The position numbers and the translations under genes were made by a program. DNA of 64,000 nt from Azolla caroliniana. Taxonomy: Eukaryota > Plantae > Polypodiophyta. A model generated the notes under the pieces. It did not search any database and was not told where the DNA came from. It saw only the letters and a program-made list of their open reading frames with translations. Location of the stretch: NCBI GenBank assembly GCA_043228905.1, contig JBHGNT010000004.1, forward strand, positions 5,952,001-6,016,000, read 5' to 3'. Positions 1 to 13,086 of this stretch are shown here, piece after piece (position 1 is the stretch's first letter; each line of letters begins with the position of its first letter).

Positions 1-925
1 AAATGTAGCATAAAAGTGAGAAATTTGAGAGAAACCAAGTTTGATCCATGCCATAGCTCAACCTCGTTCCATAGATTGTATTTAAAGTTCTTGTTAATAA
101 AGTTTTAAACATTCACTTTCCCTTGTTCCCAAACATAATAAGAAGAAAGGAGAGAAACTTTGCTTAATTGAGTGGTCAGGATAATAAAGAGAGTGACGTG
201 ATTACATCCATTCACAAGTTCTGTAATCAAATGACTAAGATGGGCCGAAATTGATATTCTTACAGTAAGAATACAAAACAACATAGTTATGTTCCCCCAT
301 AACTATATTATACATAATAATGTATATATTTAAAGAGACGCCTTCACATATTGGCATCGTTTGCTAACAATATGTGGGTTTTTCCAACTTCCCAAAGGTT
401 CCTAAGGATGTGGAGATTCCCTCTTATCCTAATTTCCAATTCCCTAGCTCTTGAAATCATCTCGATTTGGCAGCATACATCTCTCTCTCCTAAAGATCAT
501 AAATTTTAGAAAATCCAAGTTTGGTTGAGCTCCGATCCCTCCTATAGATTATATTTTTGCATCTCATGTGTGCTACACTCCCCCCCCCCCCCCAAAAAAA
601 AAAAAAAAACCCATCATTATCTCTCTTTCTCATAGTTAGTGGTAAAGTTCATATACCTTCGTTGTAAATTAAAGAAAAATGTTCGGTACCACTCATTGTC
701 CAAGAGTAGTTCATTATCACCGACAACCCTATGGTGTTGGACATGGAAAATATTTTTAATACATAGATTTCATAATTGTAAATATTTCCCTTTTCTTTCA
801 TAGATGCTATGTAAACCATTCATGAAACTGGGGCATGCCATGATTATAATCGACTTTGTGAGGGCATATTCATATTCTAAATTAAATTAAAGTCACTTCA
901 ATGATCACATGTGATTGTTTGAAAT

Positions 926-968
926 ACATACATACATACATGCATACATGCATACATGCATGCACACG
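926..968. repeat. (TACA/TGCA)n microsatellite
   Basis: Read directly from the sequence. Confidence 0.85.
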
Positions 969-3666
969 TATATAAATATATATTCTCTCTTGCAATTTGG
1001 TACAATAATGGTATATCTAAATATTCAAGGGTTCACAATAAGTCATCTCATCTCTTTTGAACAACAAAGTGAATCGATGCATTATGAGGTACCAAGGAGT
1101 TGGGCTACAAGGGGATTATATGTGGAAGTAATATTGGGGTCCACAAGCCCTTTCAAAGAGGGTTTCTAGGAACTATACAACACTAGATAACTTAAGGTAG
1201 AGTCGCTCATTGGAATCATTTATTTGGCTTTTTATATAGATATGGTTTTCATGTTGCATTGGAACCAACCAACTAAATATTTTATCATTGCCTTTTCTAG
1301 TCTCTTCATTTTAAATATATTTTGCGCATAAACTCAATAACAAAAAATCAAAACAACTCTAGACACTAAAACTAGAACATTGAGACTAGCAAATACTACA
1401 TATGAATTGTAATTTGAACCTAGTCGTGGCATAATAACTTTGCAATAAGAGGATACCTATATTCAATCATGGAGTCTTCACTTCATGAATAATTCTTAAG
1501 AAATATGTTACGGATTCCGTCCATTTACTTAATATAACTTATCCTAGGCTACAAGATTGATTTTTGCATCTAAATACATTTATTCATTCCATAGCCACTT
1601 AACAAATGTGTCGAATAACCATACATGTCAATGTTTTTATTCTTTTGTTGTACATTGATCAATTGGTAATTAAATATATCTAACCTTCAAAGGAAAAACA
1701 AGAAGATTAACATATAAAGCTTCTTGTTTTTAGCCATGGTTGACCTATTTTAAATACACAATACAATAGATGGAGTTTCCCATAGATAGTTTATGGTTTG
1801 TTGCAAATTTGATAAGTTCAATCATTTTTCATCAAGATCCTCTCTAAATACTATGCATGTAACAAAACTAACTCTAGCTGGGCATACCTTTACTCTAGAA
1901 TGAATAAATTGACAATATTGTATGTAATGGGTATCATTTTTTGTGTGGATATTACAAATATAGGAGATGATGGATCAACTTGCTAACAACCATGTATAAA
2001 TATAAAGCTTGTATGAGGCTCACGTGGAGAATATGTGTTCGAGTAATGCTATACACATAGAATGATGTGGTGTTTTGGAGTTGTTTTTTTATGTTGTTTC
2101 ATCTACACATTGTTTTCCTTTGACATGCAAGATGTCTTGTAAGATATGAGTTGTAAATGATTCCTTTGTACATTCTTAACTAATGGAAGTAGATGTTTTT
2201 GAAAAAAGAAGAAGAAGAAGCTTGATCTAGCATTAATTATATAAATGTATGCTAGCCTACGCCCTCAACAACAAATAGGGCATTAACACATGACATTTGC
2301 ATGCACGCATAGGGGTTTCTATGCCATTTTAGTAGGGATTCCATTTGTGTATACCTAAATATCAAGACGCCAACATGCTCCTTATATTGTTTAAAGAACA
2401 AATCGTTGTTTTTCGTCGATATTAAAATATGTTAAAGGTCATTCAAACTTGAGCAAGAAGATTCAAGATTCAAGATTCAAATTTAGGAGTTCTCCACATA
2501 TGTACATGTTTTTCCTTTTGTGCATAAAAAGTTATGCCTAACTATATGAAAGGTAGGGGCAAATTTGATTAGTTTACACACATTTTGATTTCTTTGACAT
2601 ACAAATATACATTGTTTAAATGCAATCCTATGGTTTTATATTTGGAATTCTATACAAAACTCTAGACAACATAAACTTCATAGTTTTGCATAACTAACCA
2701 ATAATGTTTTTTCATGCATGTAAACTCTTCTATCATATACTATACCTCTAAGCTCAAAAGCTGAATGATTCATCTCGAAGATATATATTAAACCATTATC
2801 CCATTCAATGCATTGTTTTTCTGTGATTTTAAGAAGAGTTATAAGTATAGTTGTTAAGAAGATTATGGGCTTCAATATCTTCCCATTATGAACAAGTAAG
2901 CATTAGTCTCCTCATTTGTTTATTTGAAGAAGTCACATGCTATCTAACATTGTGAAAAGTCATGGAAATATTGAAACATTCCTTTCATTTTCAGGCAATC
3001 CTTTTGTAGACCATTCTTTAGTAACACCTCAACGATATTGTGGATGATGTTTTGATAACAAGGACGACGAGCCAATGACACATGAGGCATACAGAGTAGA
3101 TGACTTTTGAGGCTTTGAACGAAGATAAAAATGTACAAGTTAATATAAAGCACACGCATGATGTTCTTATATGTTGTAAAATATATACTATGGTGAAACC
3201 TCATTGTGAGGTGAAAACTCACCGACACAAGAAAAAAGCGCACACAATGTTTGAATACTGAATTGATGTTTACCACTTCCAAGTTCCTACCTTTCGATCG
3301 TAACTTGTTTTATCCCACAAGTTAATATTGTTTTGCAAGCTTGAAAAGTTTTATTGTTCCAAAAAAATCTCCGTTTAAGCTTGAAGTATTTTACTTTATG
3401 AGTAATAAAAACAACTACTTGAAATGATGTTTCGGTGGATGCATGAATGATGAGCAACTCTGACGTCCGTGCTACTTAGTATTCAACAACCGTGTGTGTG
3501 TGAAACATGTATGCATTACTATAAAGAAAAAGTGTACGACTTGTGTGTCTTGTATGTATGTGCACATCTTAAAGAAAAGATGGGATAAATAGAAGTTTAT
3601 CTCCCAGTGTGTGGCATGTATGCATCGTTAAACAAAAGAAAAGAAATGAAAAAAGCGAAAAGCAAA

Positions 3667-3692
3667 GAAGAAGAAGAAGAAGAAGAAGAAGA
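3667..3692. repeat. (GAA)n microsatellite
   Basis: Read directly from the sequence. Confidence 0.9.
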
Positions 3693-5193
3693 CAATGTGT
3701 GACAGGTGTGAGTGCACACTTAATAAATGATTGAGGGGATAGTGATAAGCATGGCATCGACAACGAGAGCTTGATTGAAGTCGATTCGCCGCACTATGAG
3801 TCTATGACATGTATGATTTTTTGTAAGAAAGGGGAAGAAAAGAAGGATGTGTGGCAAGCGCGTGTTGGGTGTGTGTGAACCTTGTGGTAAAAATTCTTAT
3901 TGAAAATATATGTATATATATTGAAGATTCATTATTAAAAGTAAAAAATAGATGTAAGGGTCGCCGCGTCTCCTCGAGAGTCGGAAAGAACAAAAATAAA
4001 AATCTTTCTACAAAAACAAAACCATCAATGCCCCACCACCAACTTTCCTTTTTCAATAAATATATTTATATACACTAGGTTGATCTTATAAAAATATTTA
4101 TATTTCCTTCTTATCATCAAGCTTGATCTTATCCCACCTCCAATCCTATTCTAATGTTTCAATCGTCATTGCCTTCTTTTATAAACTGACTTTCCATGGC
4201 ATCGTGCATTCATGCAAATGAGGTGTGCCATTGTACTTAGCTATGTTGGAAAGCCAAGCTTGACAAACCTATGCACTCCTCGTACTTTGCCACATTCCAT
4301 CATGTGTAACCATAGAAACTCGTAATTATTACCATTGTGTAGTGAAAATCGTAATATGAGGCATCTGTTTAGTTCACTACAAAAATTAGCGATTTCTTTT
4401 TTTGAGAACCATCATTATGGTCACAAACTCCTTGCTTTTGCAGATGTGTTGAAACCATTGCCAAAAATCTAGACCTACAAGTGCATTTATATATTTATCT
4501 ATTGTAATTCTTAATCCGTTGCAAATTACGATCTGAATTTCATGCCTCTAGTAGATAATCAATCACACATTAACAATGTAACTTCCTTCCACTGATAGAA
4601 GGGAAAGGGCGTAACAACTATTTGGTCATTGAGAAAAGTTTCTCATCTTGATCCTAGTACAACTACTTGCAGACCTGTTTGATGGAGCTTATTGATACCT
4701 TGTTTTGCATTGTATTCTCTAGTACATTTGTGTTTGTACTATCCCGACAAAAACCAACACCACTACGTCCAATATTTAAAGTCACAAAAATGATTGACTT
4801 TGATTTTTTAAATGGTAAATATAAGGCTCAAAGGAATTGTAACTTGTTTCCTTTTTTCATGTGAAGCAAATTGTCATATAAAGTTAATATATGCGTAACA
4901 AAATGTGCCGCGATGTATTTACAAGTGGAATGTTAAGTCATGATTTCTATCACTTATTAAAACTATCATTGTTTCATGAGACAACTGTGGCTAGATAACT
5001 CATGATAATAAAGCATACGACTAAAATTAGGTTTAACAAGACACTGCTTGCTAAATCACGAAATGGAATATACATGATCACTTGCCAACTCGAATTGACA
5101 AATGTATTCATAAATGTTCAAGAGGTTCATGACTAAGATGTATAAATGGAAGCAAGTGCGAACATGATGTCATGGTGGTAAAACTCGTGCCTT

Positions 5194-5304
5194 GTAAAAA
5201 ATTAAGGTTGTGAGTTCAACTATCGTGCAATGGCTAAGCTTGTCACCATTATATACGTATAGAGATGCTTCCTAGTTTTAGTAAAAAATTAAGGTTGTGA
5301 GTTC
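5194..5304 (+). repeat. 87-bp host tandem duplication; second copy split by copia A and resuming at 10459-10520
   Basis: gtaaaaaattaaggttgtgagttcaactatcgtgcaatggctaagcttgtcaccattatata...cctagtttt occurs at 5194-5280 and again at 5281-5304 plus 10459-10520. Confidence 0.9.
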
Positions 5305-5608
5305 TGTGGGGGTAACGAGTGCGATTTGCGGAAACGTGTATGGATCTGTTGTCGGTTCTGAACAACAAACAAACAACGCAGACAGAAAATAGAATAGGCG
5401 TGGACTTACACAATCCAAGCTCTAATGGAAAGCTTTATTGTTTCTTTCTCACTCTCTCTCAGAGATACAATGCACAAACAGTTCGTCTCTCTGTCAGTCT
5501 TCATTCTATACAATGTTAGGTATTCGCTTATATACTAAGCCTTAACTTATTGACGAGTTCACACTCGGAGGGATACAACTTGGAAGGAGTCGGCCTTTTA
5601 TGCCAACA
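5305..5608 (-). repeat. 3' LTR of copia A
   Basis: Direct repeat of 10154-10453, adjacent to PPT (aactcccccg on +). Confidence 0.95.
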
Positions 5609-5757
5609 AACTCCCCCGTATAAGGACTACTCTTTCTTGCATGTACAAGTATTTGGGGTTATCTCCCCCGTAAGCCTAGATTACAAAATTGATCTAAGTT
5701 TATATGTTACAAGTTGGTCGGCATGCAGCCGAGTCGGCAGATGTATAGGATGTGTCG

Positions 5758-8700
5758 TTATTGTTCTGATAAGATCTTACCTTTTGCTCCTCGTTCGGCT
5801 TTCTTCTGCTCGGTCGCTTGTCGTAGCCCCATTTTTGTCCTTAGTGCTCTAAAGCGTAGATCTGGGAGTGGCTTCGTCAGGCAATTGGCGATGTTCACCT
5901 CGGTGTCGATCTTCCGGACTTTGAGTTTCTTTTTGTTTACGAGCTCCCGGATATGATGATACTGCACCTCAATGTGCTTCGTCTTTGCATGATAGATGGG
6001 ATTGTTGATGAGGTGTATTGAGCTCTGTGAGTCGCAATAGCTGGTCGGCGTTGGTTGGTCGTTTCGGCTTGTAGTTCCGAAGTCGGCAGTCAGTCGATGC
6101 AGCCAGATCGCTTCCTTCGCTGCTATGTACTCGGCTTCTGTGGTAGACAGAGCCGTGCACTCTTGAAGTTTCGGCCTCCATGATATCGCCCCGTCACCAT
6201 AGGTGAAGATGTAGCCTGATGTTGATTTCCGATTATCTACATTTCTAGCATAGTCGGAATCAATGTAGCCTTCGACTTCGGATGAGGTTGTCAGTCTGAA
6301 AGTCAGCTGTGCATCTAAGGTTCCTTTTAGATACCTAAGGATGTGCTTGACGGCATCCCAATGCTTCTTTCCTGGGTTTGACATGTACCGGTTGACCACC
6401 CCTACGACATAGGCTAGGTCGGGTCAGGTCGCCACCATTGCATACATGATACTTCCTACTGCCGATGCGTAGGGTATCTTTCCATTAAGTTCTCTCTCCT
6501 TGTCCGTCGAAGGAGAGTCTTTGTCCGATATTCCGATCGACGTCAGAAGCGGTGTCGGTGCTGGCTTCGTATTCTCCATGTTGAAGCGCTTCAGCACCTT
6601 GCAGATGTATTCGAACTAGGAGAGTCGGAGAGTTTTGGTTGTCTGATTTCGCTCTATCCTCATGCCCAGTATGTGTCTGGCTTGTCCGAGTTCCTTCATC
6701 ACGAACTTTGCGTGAAGGCTCTGCTTGATAGCTTCCTGCAATCAACATATCGTCGACGTATAGGATTAGATAGATCTTGGACTCGTCGGCTAGTTGCCGA
6801 ACATACATGCATGGGTCGGAGTTTGATATGTTGTATCCAAGTTGCCGTATATAGGAGTCAAACTTCTGGTACCACATTCTCGACGCTTGTTTTAGGCCAT
6901 ATAGACTTTTCTTTAGTCGACATACAAGGTGCTTGTCCTCCCCCGTCGCCGTGAAGCCTGCCGGTTGAGACATGTATATGTCTTCTTCTAGATCTCCGTT
7001 TAGGAATGCCGTCTTTACGTCCATTTGCTCGAGCTCTAGATCTTTTGTCGCCACGACTCCTAGTAGGAGTCGGAGGGTGGTCATCTTGACTACTGGTGAG
7101 AATATCTCGTCGTAGTCGACCCCGTATTCCTGTTTGAATCCTTTCACGACAAGCCGAGCTTTGTACTTGGGTTTCTCTAAGTCAGATACATACTTGTATC
7201 GGAAAACCCATTTGCAAGGTAGCAACTTCCTTCCAACTGGTAGTTTGACCAACTCCCATGTCTGATTATGATGAATTGAGTCCATTTCTGATTTCATGGC
7301 TTGTAGCCATGTTTCGGCGTCCGGTGCGGCCATAGCTTCTTCATAGGTGCTTGGTTCGCCTGCATCCGTGTAGTTGACGTAGTCGAGGCCCGGTTGGTAG
7401 AACTCTGTTTGCCTTTGAGCTCGTCTAGATCTCTTGTGTGCCGAGATGTTTGGTTCAGATCCTTCGATAAGCTTTGTTGGTCGATCGGTATTAGTTGAAC
7501 CATTTGTATCAGGAGTCTTGTTAGGTGTCCTGTCCCTAGATTGGGATCTCGACGGTGTTTGGTTATCCTCCCTTGTGGTTGTCGTCGACTCTTTTCTTAC
7601 TTGTCTCTTGGTGACTTTGCCTTTATCGATCCTTGTCGATTCGGCTGTGTCTTTGATGACTTTGTCTTTGTGTTTGACAATAGGACTTGTTGCCGATTCG
7701 GTGTCGGCAGGGAAGTTGACAGCTTGTTGGAGTTCGACTGTTTGTCAAGTTTCCGATTCGGCTTGGTGGGTCGGTCCTTCTATGACAGTGCTGTCATCTT
7801 CAAAGGATACCTTCTTACCAACAATTTTTTGTTGGTTCCGCTGAGAGAAGATGGAGTCTTCATTGAAGACTACGTCGCTGCTCCGGATCAATTTCTGGTT
7901 CTCAGGGTCCCATAGCCGGTAGCCAAAGTTCCCATTGGTTCCATAACCGAGAAATATGCAATTTGTTGCATGGGGTGCCAACTTCGTCCTTTTGTCCCTG
8001 GGGATGAATGTGTAGGCTTCGCATCCGAATATACGGAGCCTATCGTAGGTCGACTGTTTGCCTGAGCACAGTGCCTGTGGCACTTCGAGCCTGATTGCTC
8101 TTGATGGCGCCAGATTTATCAGGTACACTGCCGTTTGCAATGCCTCGGCCCAAAATTCCAACTTCAGTCCGGCTTGTTGGAGCATTGCCGTCACTATCTC
8201 TTGGATCGTCCTATTGATCCGTTCTGCCACTCCATTTTGCATGGGTATGTAGGGAACGGTCTTTTGGTGTCGGATCCCTTTTCCGGACAGGTACTGTTTG
8301 AAGGCTTTGGAGGTGTACTCACCTCCATTGTTGGATCAGAGTGTCTTCACTCTGTATCCTGACCGGTTCTCCACTTCAGATATCTATCGAGTGAAGATCT
8401 CGAGCGCTTCATCTTTGGACTTGATGGAGTATGTCCAAACTTTCTGTGTACAACCATCTACGAATTTGATGAAGTACCGAGAGCCTCCTTGTGATCGCTT
8501 CGGCATGGGCCCACATATGTCTGTGTGCACGAGCTCTAGGGGTTGTCGTACCGTCTCGTGGTGGAGAGAGTGCGGACTTCGAGTTTGTTTCCCATATCGA
8601 CAATGCTCGTAGAAGTCCGTCTTTGCCTGGAGTTTCGGGATGTAGCCAACTGACATCAACTGATCAAGTCCGGCTTGAGACACGTGGCCAAGTCGGCCAT

Positions 8701-10054
8701 GCCATAAGTTCGGTTTGGTTTTCTTGGCTATGTTCATGGCCCCTTCAGGGTTGATTGCCATCAATGGGTATAGATTATTATACTTGTACCCACTACTGAT
8801 TTTGAGGTTTCCTCGGATGATCACCCATGTCGATTCGTGTAGAGTCGTTCTGTACCCGTCTTCGGCTAACATGCTGATGGAGACCAGAATCCTTTTTAGA
8901 TCGGGTATGTGCCGAACTCGGTGCGGGGTTATTGTGTTGCCATTTGGAAATCTGATGGGAACCTCCCCGGTTTTGGCTATCTTGCACTCTTGCCTGTTTC
9001 CCAGTCGGACTGTGCAGCTAGCGTCGACTGAATAGTTCAAGAACCATTCAATGTTGGGGGTCACGTGAAATGTGGTGCCAGAGTTTAGTAGCCACACGTG
9101 TGCAACTTGTGCACTGTAGAGGACGTCTCCGATCATTGAGTCCTCTAAGGAGAGGATTTCTCCGGATCGGGTGTCAACAATGTTGATCTGGTTGCTGACT
9201 GGAGAGTGATCCGAGTCAGAATGTCCCCGATTCCGCTCGGATCGCCGACCACTCTCTTTTCTTATTAATGACTAGCAGTCGAAAACATTGTGGCTAGCTT
9301 TCCTGCAGTGTGTGCAGTACTCGCTTGATCGGCCCGTTTTCGACTTCGACCACTGTCGGTCTCCCCTTGTTTTCGATCGGCTGTAGTGTTGACCGGTTCT
9401 GTCGGCTTGTTCTTTCGTTCTACTCTGTCGGTCAAACGACTTGGTCGAGTGATGGGCTTCTGCCGACTCATCGATGGTTAGTCCCATCGATTTTCGCTTG
9501 ATGTCCTTTGTGAGGACTTGGCCGATTGTTTTGTCCAAGTTTAGGATTGGTCGGCTATTGGCGTATGTCGTGCAGAATACCTCCCAACTCGCTGGCAAGC
9601 TCGATAGGAGGGCAAGGGCTTTCACTTCTTCTTCGAAGTTGATCCCTTGTGACGAGAGCTCAGACAATACCTGGCTGAAGGTGTTGATATGGGAGGTTGC
9701 CGGATTGGTCTCTCTCATCTTCATGTTGAACAGTTGTTTGATCAAAATCAATTTCGAAGATGAGGACTTCTTTTCATAAACGGCATGTAGCTTCTCCCAC
9801 AATGAGAACGCTGTCGTCTCTTTCGCCATGCTGAAATAGATGTTTTCGGCCAGATGCATTCGGATGGTGGAGTGTGTGATTTCGTCCGTTGATCTCCACT
9901 CCTCGGTTGTCATTGAAGCAAGTTTTTTGCTGTGCAGAATGGCTTCGACTTGTCTTCGAATGATCAGCACATCTTGCATCATCTCCTTCCACAAGGAAAA
10001 GTTTTTGCCGTCGAATTTTCTGATTTCAACTCCTGTCCCGGATGTTGAAACCAT
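5758..10054 (-). pseudogene. gag-pol: Copia A gag-pol polyprotein, broken by stops and frameshifts
   Basis: ORF fragments: gag (KFDGKNFSLWK; CTHC..H..FDC knuckle) 9272-10054; protease/GAG-pre-integrase (WLLNSG, LWHGRLGH, VHTDICGP) 8384-9136; integrase (QNGVAER) 7745-8242; RT (YKARLV, MDVKTAFL, LYVDDML) 6485-7333; RNase H (ALSTTEAEY, TKHIEV) 5758-6399. Confidence 0.93.
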
Positions 10055-10153
10055 ATTCTTTTCGTGAACTTGGGATTTCTGACTTGGTTTTTTCTTTCAG
10101 CTTCTTCTGTTGTTTGTTGCTGCCGAACAACAAAGATTCGCTCTAATACCAGT

Positions 10154-10453
10154 TGTGGGGGTAACTAGTGCGATTTGCGGAAATGTGTATGGATTTGTTG
10201 TCGGTTCTGAACAACAAACAACGTAGATAGAAAATAGAATAGGCATGGACTTACACAGTGCAAGCTCTAATGGAAAGCTTTATTGCTTCTTTCTCACTCT
10301 CTCTCAGAGATACAATGCACATACTGTTCGTCTCTTTGTCAATCTTCATTCTATACAATGTTAGGTATTCGCTTATATACTAAGCCCTAACTTATTGACA
10401 AGTTCACACTCGGAGGGATACAGCTTGGAAGGAGTCGGCCTTTTATTCCAACA
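10154..10453 (-). repeat. 5' LTR of copia A
   Basis: Direct repeat of 5305-5608, adjacent to PBS. Confidence 0.95.
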
Positions 10454-11059
10454 AGTTCAACTATCGTGCAATGGCTAAGCTTGTCACCATTATATATGTA
10501 TGGAGATGCTTCCTAGTTTTGGTTCAAAATTATGTGCCCTTATTGTCTATACAATTTCACATTCAACGGTGTCTCCTTATAAAAGCAAACGTTATAGTGT
10601 TTTCCAAGACAAGTTACAATACTTGGAGAGGAGCCTCTTATGGTACATCATTGTATATAGTACCAATTGTCATATTTGGAAAATTTTCAGTTTGCAAAGT
10701 TATACAACTTCACATGAACTTTTCACTTAGAATAGGGATAAATATAAGAACACAAAAGGGTTACATTTGACAACATCATCCAAACATAAATTAGAGATTT
10801 TAAGCCCGTCAAGAAGAAGTCTCCCCATTTACACTTTTCGTATGTCCTTGTTGTCACTTCTTGAACCACAAAGTATTTACACATACACCTAAGAGTTGAT
10901 GTCCAAGGTGCTTTGCTATAAGTTTGTAAGTAGCATAAAAATGATAACATGTGACTATGAATTGCATGCAAACATGGTTACATGTTATTTGCTTCCTCTA
11001 TAGTGTCTTATGGTGAAAAATAAGCTTGCATGAATAAATTGGCTAACTTTGTCTAAAAT

Positions 11060-11400
11060 ATAAATTCTCATTTATGGAGTCCAACATTCTTAATGGTAAA
11101 AGGATATGAAAATTGGTTTGTGTAAGTGATAGGTGTAACAGAAGGTGTGACATCAACATTGCCTTTGCTAGCTAATAATATGCATGGAAGTCTCATTTTA
11201 TAAACAAAACCAAGATTCAAGAAAAATGCTATGATTGGTGTTGATCTTCTTGTCAAGATCAATTAGGGTGAAAGCCCCCCTCTATATAACTATTATGTGA
11301 ATTGCATGGCTAAGAATACCACCTCACAACCACACATTTGTCAAGACTCTTAAATTCCCTTTCTATCTTTTCATGTATCCTAAGTTTACATAACCTATGA
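11060..11400 (+). pseudogene. Possible highly decayed hAT transposase remnant
   Basis: Out-of-frame fragments VTEGVTS, NAMIGV, AP and NCMA recall the hAT DG..M.G / HC.AH region. No ORF and no TIRs found. Confidence 0.25.
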
Positions 11401-11464
11401 ACTCATTCATTTACCCTCACAATTCCTTTCTCATTGGTGGTAGAGACATCATCCCAACCTCCAT

Positions 11465-12818
11465 TGGTTTTCTCCGAATCGGTGCGCTTCTTCCAGGACT
11501 CGCTCTCCTTGTGGCCTTTCTTGCCAGAATACCAGTGTTCTGCGGTGAGTTTCCCTTGCCGCTTCTCATCGCCCCCTGCTTCCGAAGAGTCCGGAATTGC
11601 TGTCGGCATCAGCACGATGCCTTCTTCCTTGCTCCCGTCGGCCGCCTCCATTGCATGCTGATTCACCTCGTCCACCATGACCACATGGCCTATCTCCCTC
11701 TGTGTACAACATCTTGTTGTCGGCGTGCGTACTCGTCGACGCACCCGCATGATTCTCCTCTACATGGAGCATTGACTGCAAGTCGAAAAACGACGACGTA
11801 TTCTCCCTTGTACAAATAGTAGTTCGGAATGCTCCGAACTTCGACGCCAATCCTCTGAGGCAGATCTGCACCATTTTGCCCTCCTCAACATTCACATCGA
11901 TGGAGGCGAGGGAATCACAGATATCCTTTATCTTGGAGGTGTAGTCAGCCACCGTCATGTCGCGTTGACGCACATTGCTCAACTCCTGTCGGAGTTGGAA
12001 CTTCTTGGCTATGGTGCTTGCGGCGAAAATCTTTTTGAGATTTCCCCAAGCATCCCGAATGTAGCTCAAGATTTGTTCACTCACATAGGATACAAAGCAG
12101 TAGAGAACTCTGCTCGCCGACTGTTCGTTCGACGTTCTTGCATCCCGAATGTAGCTCAAGATTTGTTCACTCACATAGGATACAAAGCAGTAGAGAACTC
12201 TGCTCGCCGACTGTTCCCAGGCCGAGAAGTCTCTGTGTGTCGATTCGGGTGCTGCATCATTCGCTCCATCGACATAGCTCTAGTATCCATGTCTGAGCAG
12301 GTACTGGTGCATCTTGTATGACCAAGATGCATAGTTACTTCTGTTGAGCTTCTCAGTTGGAAGCGAACTAGCCATACCTCTATCCATTTTTTCCTTTTCG
12401 TTCTTCATTGAGATTAGGTTTTTATTGTTGTTTTGAGCTGAAGTTAGCTGTAGAGGTTCTCAACCCTCGTGCTCTAATACCATGTGAAATGAAACGTGCG
12501 GAAGCTATACGAAACACAGAATACCGACAGAGAAAAAATAGGTTTAATGGAGAACTTAAGACACTATGTATGCGAGAGAGACAGAGAGGGAATAAACACA
12601 CAGAACAACTAAAATCAAAATAATGTGTAAACTCTGTACATAGGATGTGCTCAGGAAGCACTTCAATGCTCATAACTGAGCTCCTACACTAACTCCCAAA
12701 TATATTCCCTCGCAGAATATCTGTTCAACGACCTCCCGGTTTCCGCACCGTTACGGCCTCTCGTTGCGCACCCAGTCTACGCACTGGTTTACGCCAATGT
12801 TGAGCTTATACCTCAACA
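11465..12818 (-). mobile_element. gag: Truncated Ty1/copia B (5' LTR + PBS + gag only), related to copia G
   Basis: LTR 12483-12818 (tgttgaggtataagctcaaca... on minus, cf. G LTR tgttgagagacaagctcaaca). PBS at 12471-12482. gag ORF 11566-12174 is near-identical to G gag. Homology stops at about 11465. Confidence 0.88.
12050..12216. repeat. 90-bp-period tandem duplication inside copia B gag
   Basis: gcatcccgaatgtagctcaagatttg...gccgactgttc starts at 12050 and again at 12140. Confidence 0.92.
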
Positions 12819-13086
12819 AACTCCAGGGCTTTCCGGGTTTCACTCGCATGCACCCGCCCATTCCAGAGATACACTACATTGCTTCTGAGTGCCTTGGTAA
12901 AATCCACGCAATCTCTTCGGATGTGGCCAACCGCGTTGCACCACATACATCGTTGGTCGACCGGAGGCCTCTGGTCACGCTGTCGTGTTGTTCTGCTTTC
13001 GCGTAGGAAATAAGGCGGGACCGCGGGGGCCCTGAACTGAGGAGCAAGAGAGAGAAGAAGGCGGCTCGGGAGACGAGCGCAAGCGT

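Larger units (their letters stand above)
5305..10453 (-). mobile_element. Ty1/copia LTR retrotransposon A (Tork/Tnt1-like), full length, degenerate
   Basis: TG..CA LTRs at 5305-5608 and 10154-10453. 5-bp TSD AGTTC at 5300-5304 and 10454-10458. PBS TGGTATTAGAGC (iMet type) at 10140-10151 on the minus strand. PPT at 5609-5618. Domain order gag-PR-INT-RT-RH. Confidence 0.95.

Noticed and set aside
578-609. Poly-C followed by poly-A run
   Set aside because: Simple homopolymers with no associated retrocopy body or TSD
2988-3140. Possible exon after a ttttcag acceptor (GNPFVDHSLVTPQRYCG...)
   Set aside because: Stops in the candidate frame and no partner exons that I can support
4337-4390. CACTACAAAAA, a CACTA-like terminus
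   Set aside because: No correctly oriented partner TIR, subterminal repeats or transposase found in the window
915-4864. Short ORFs in the AT-rich left flank
   Set aside because: Low-complexity or microsatellite-driven translations with no recognisable domain and no consistent exon chain
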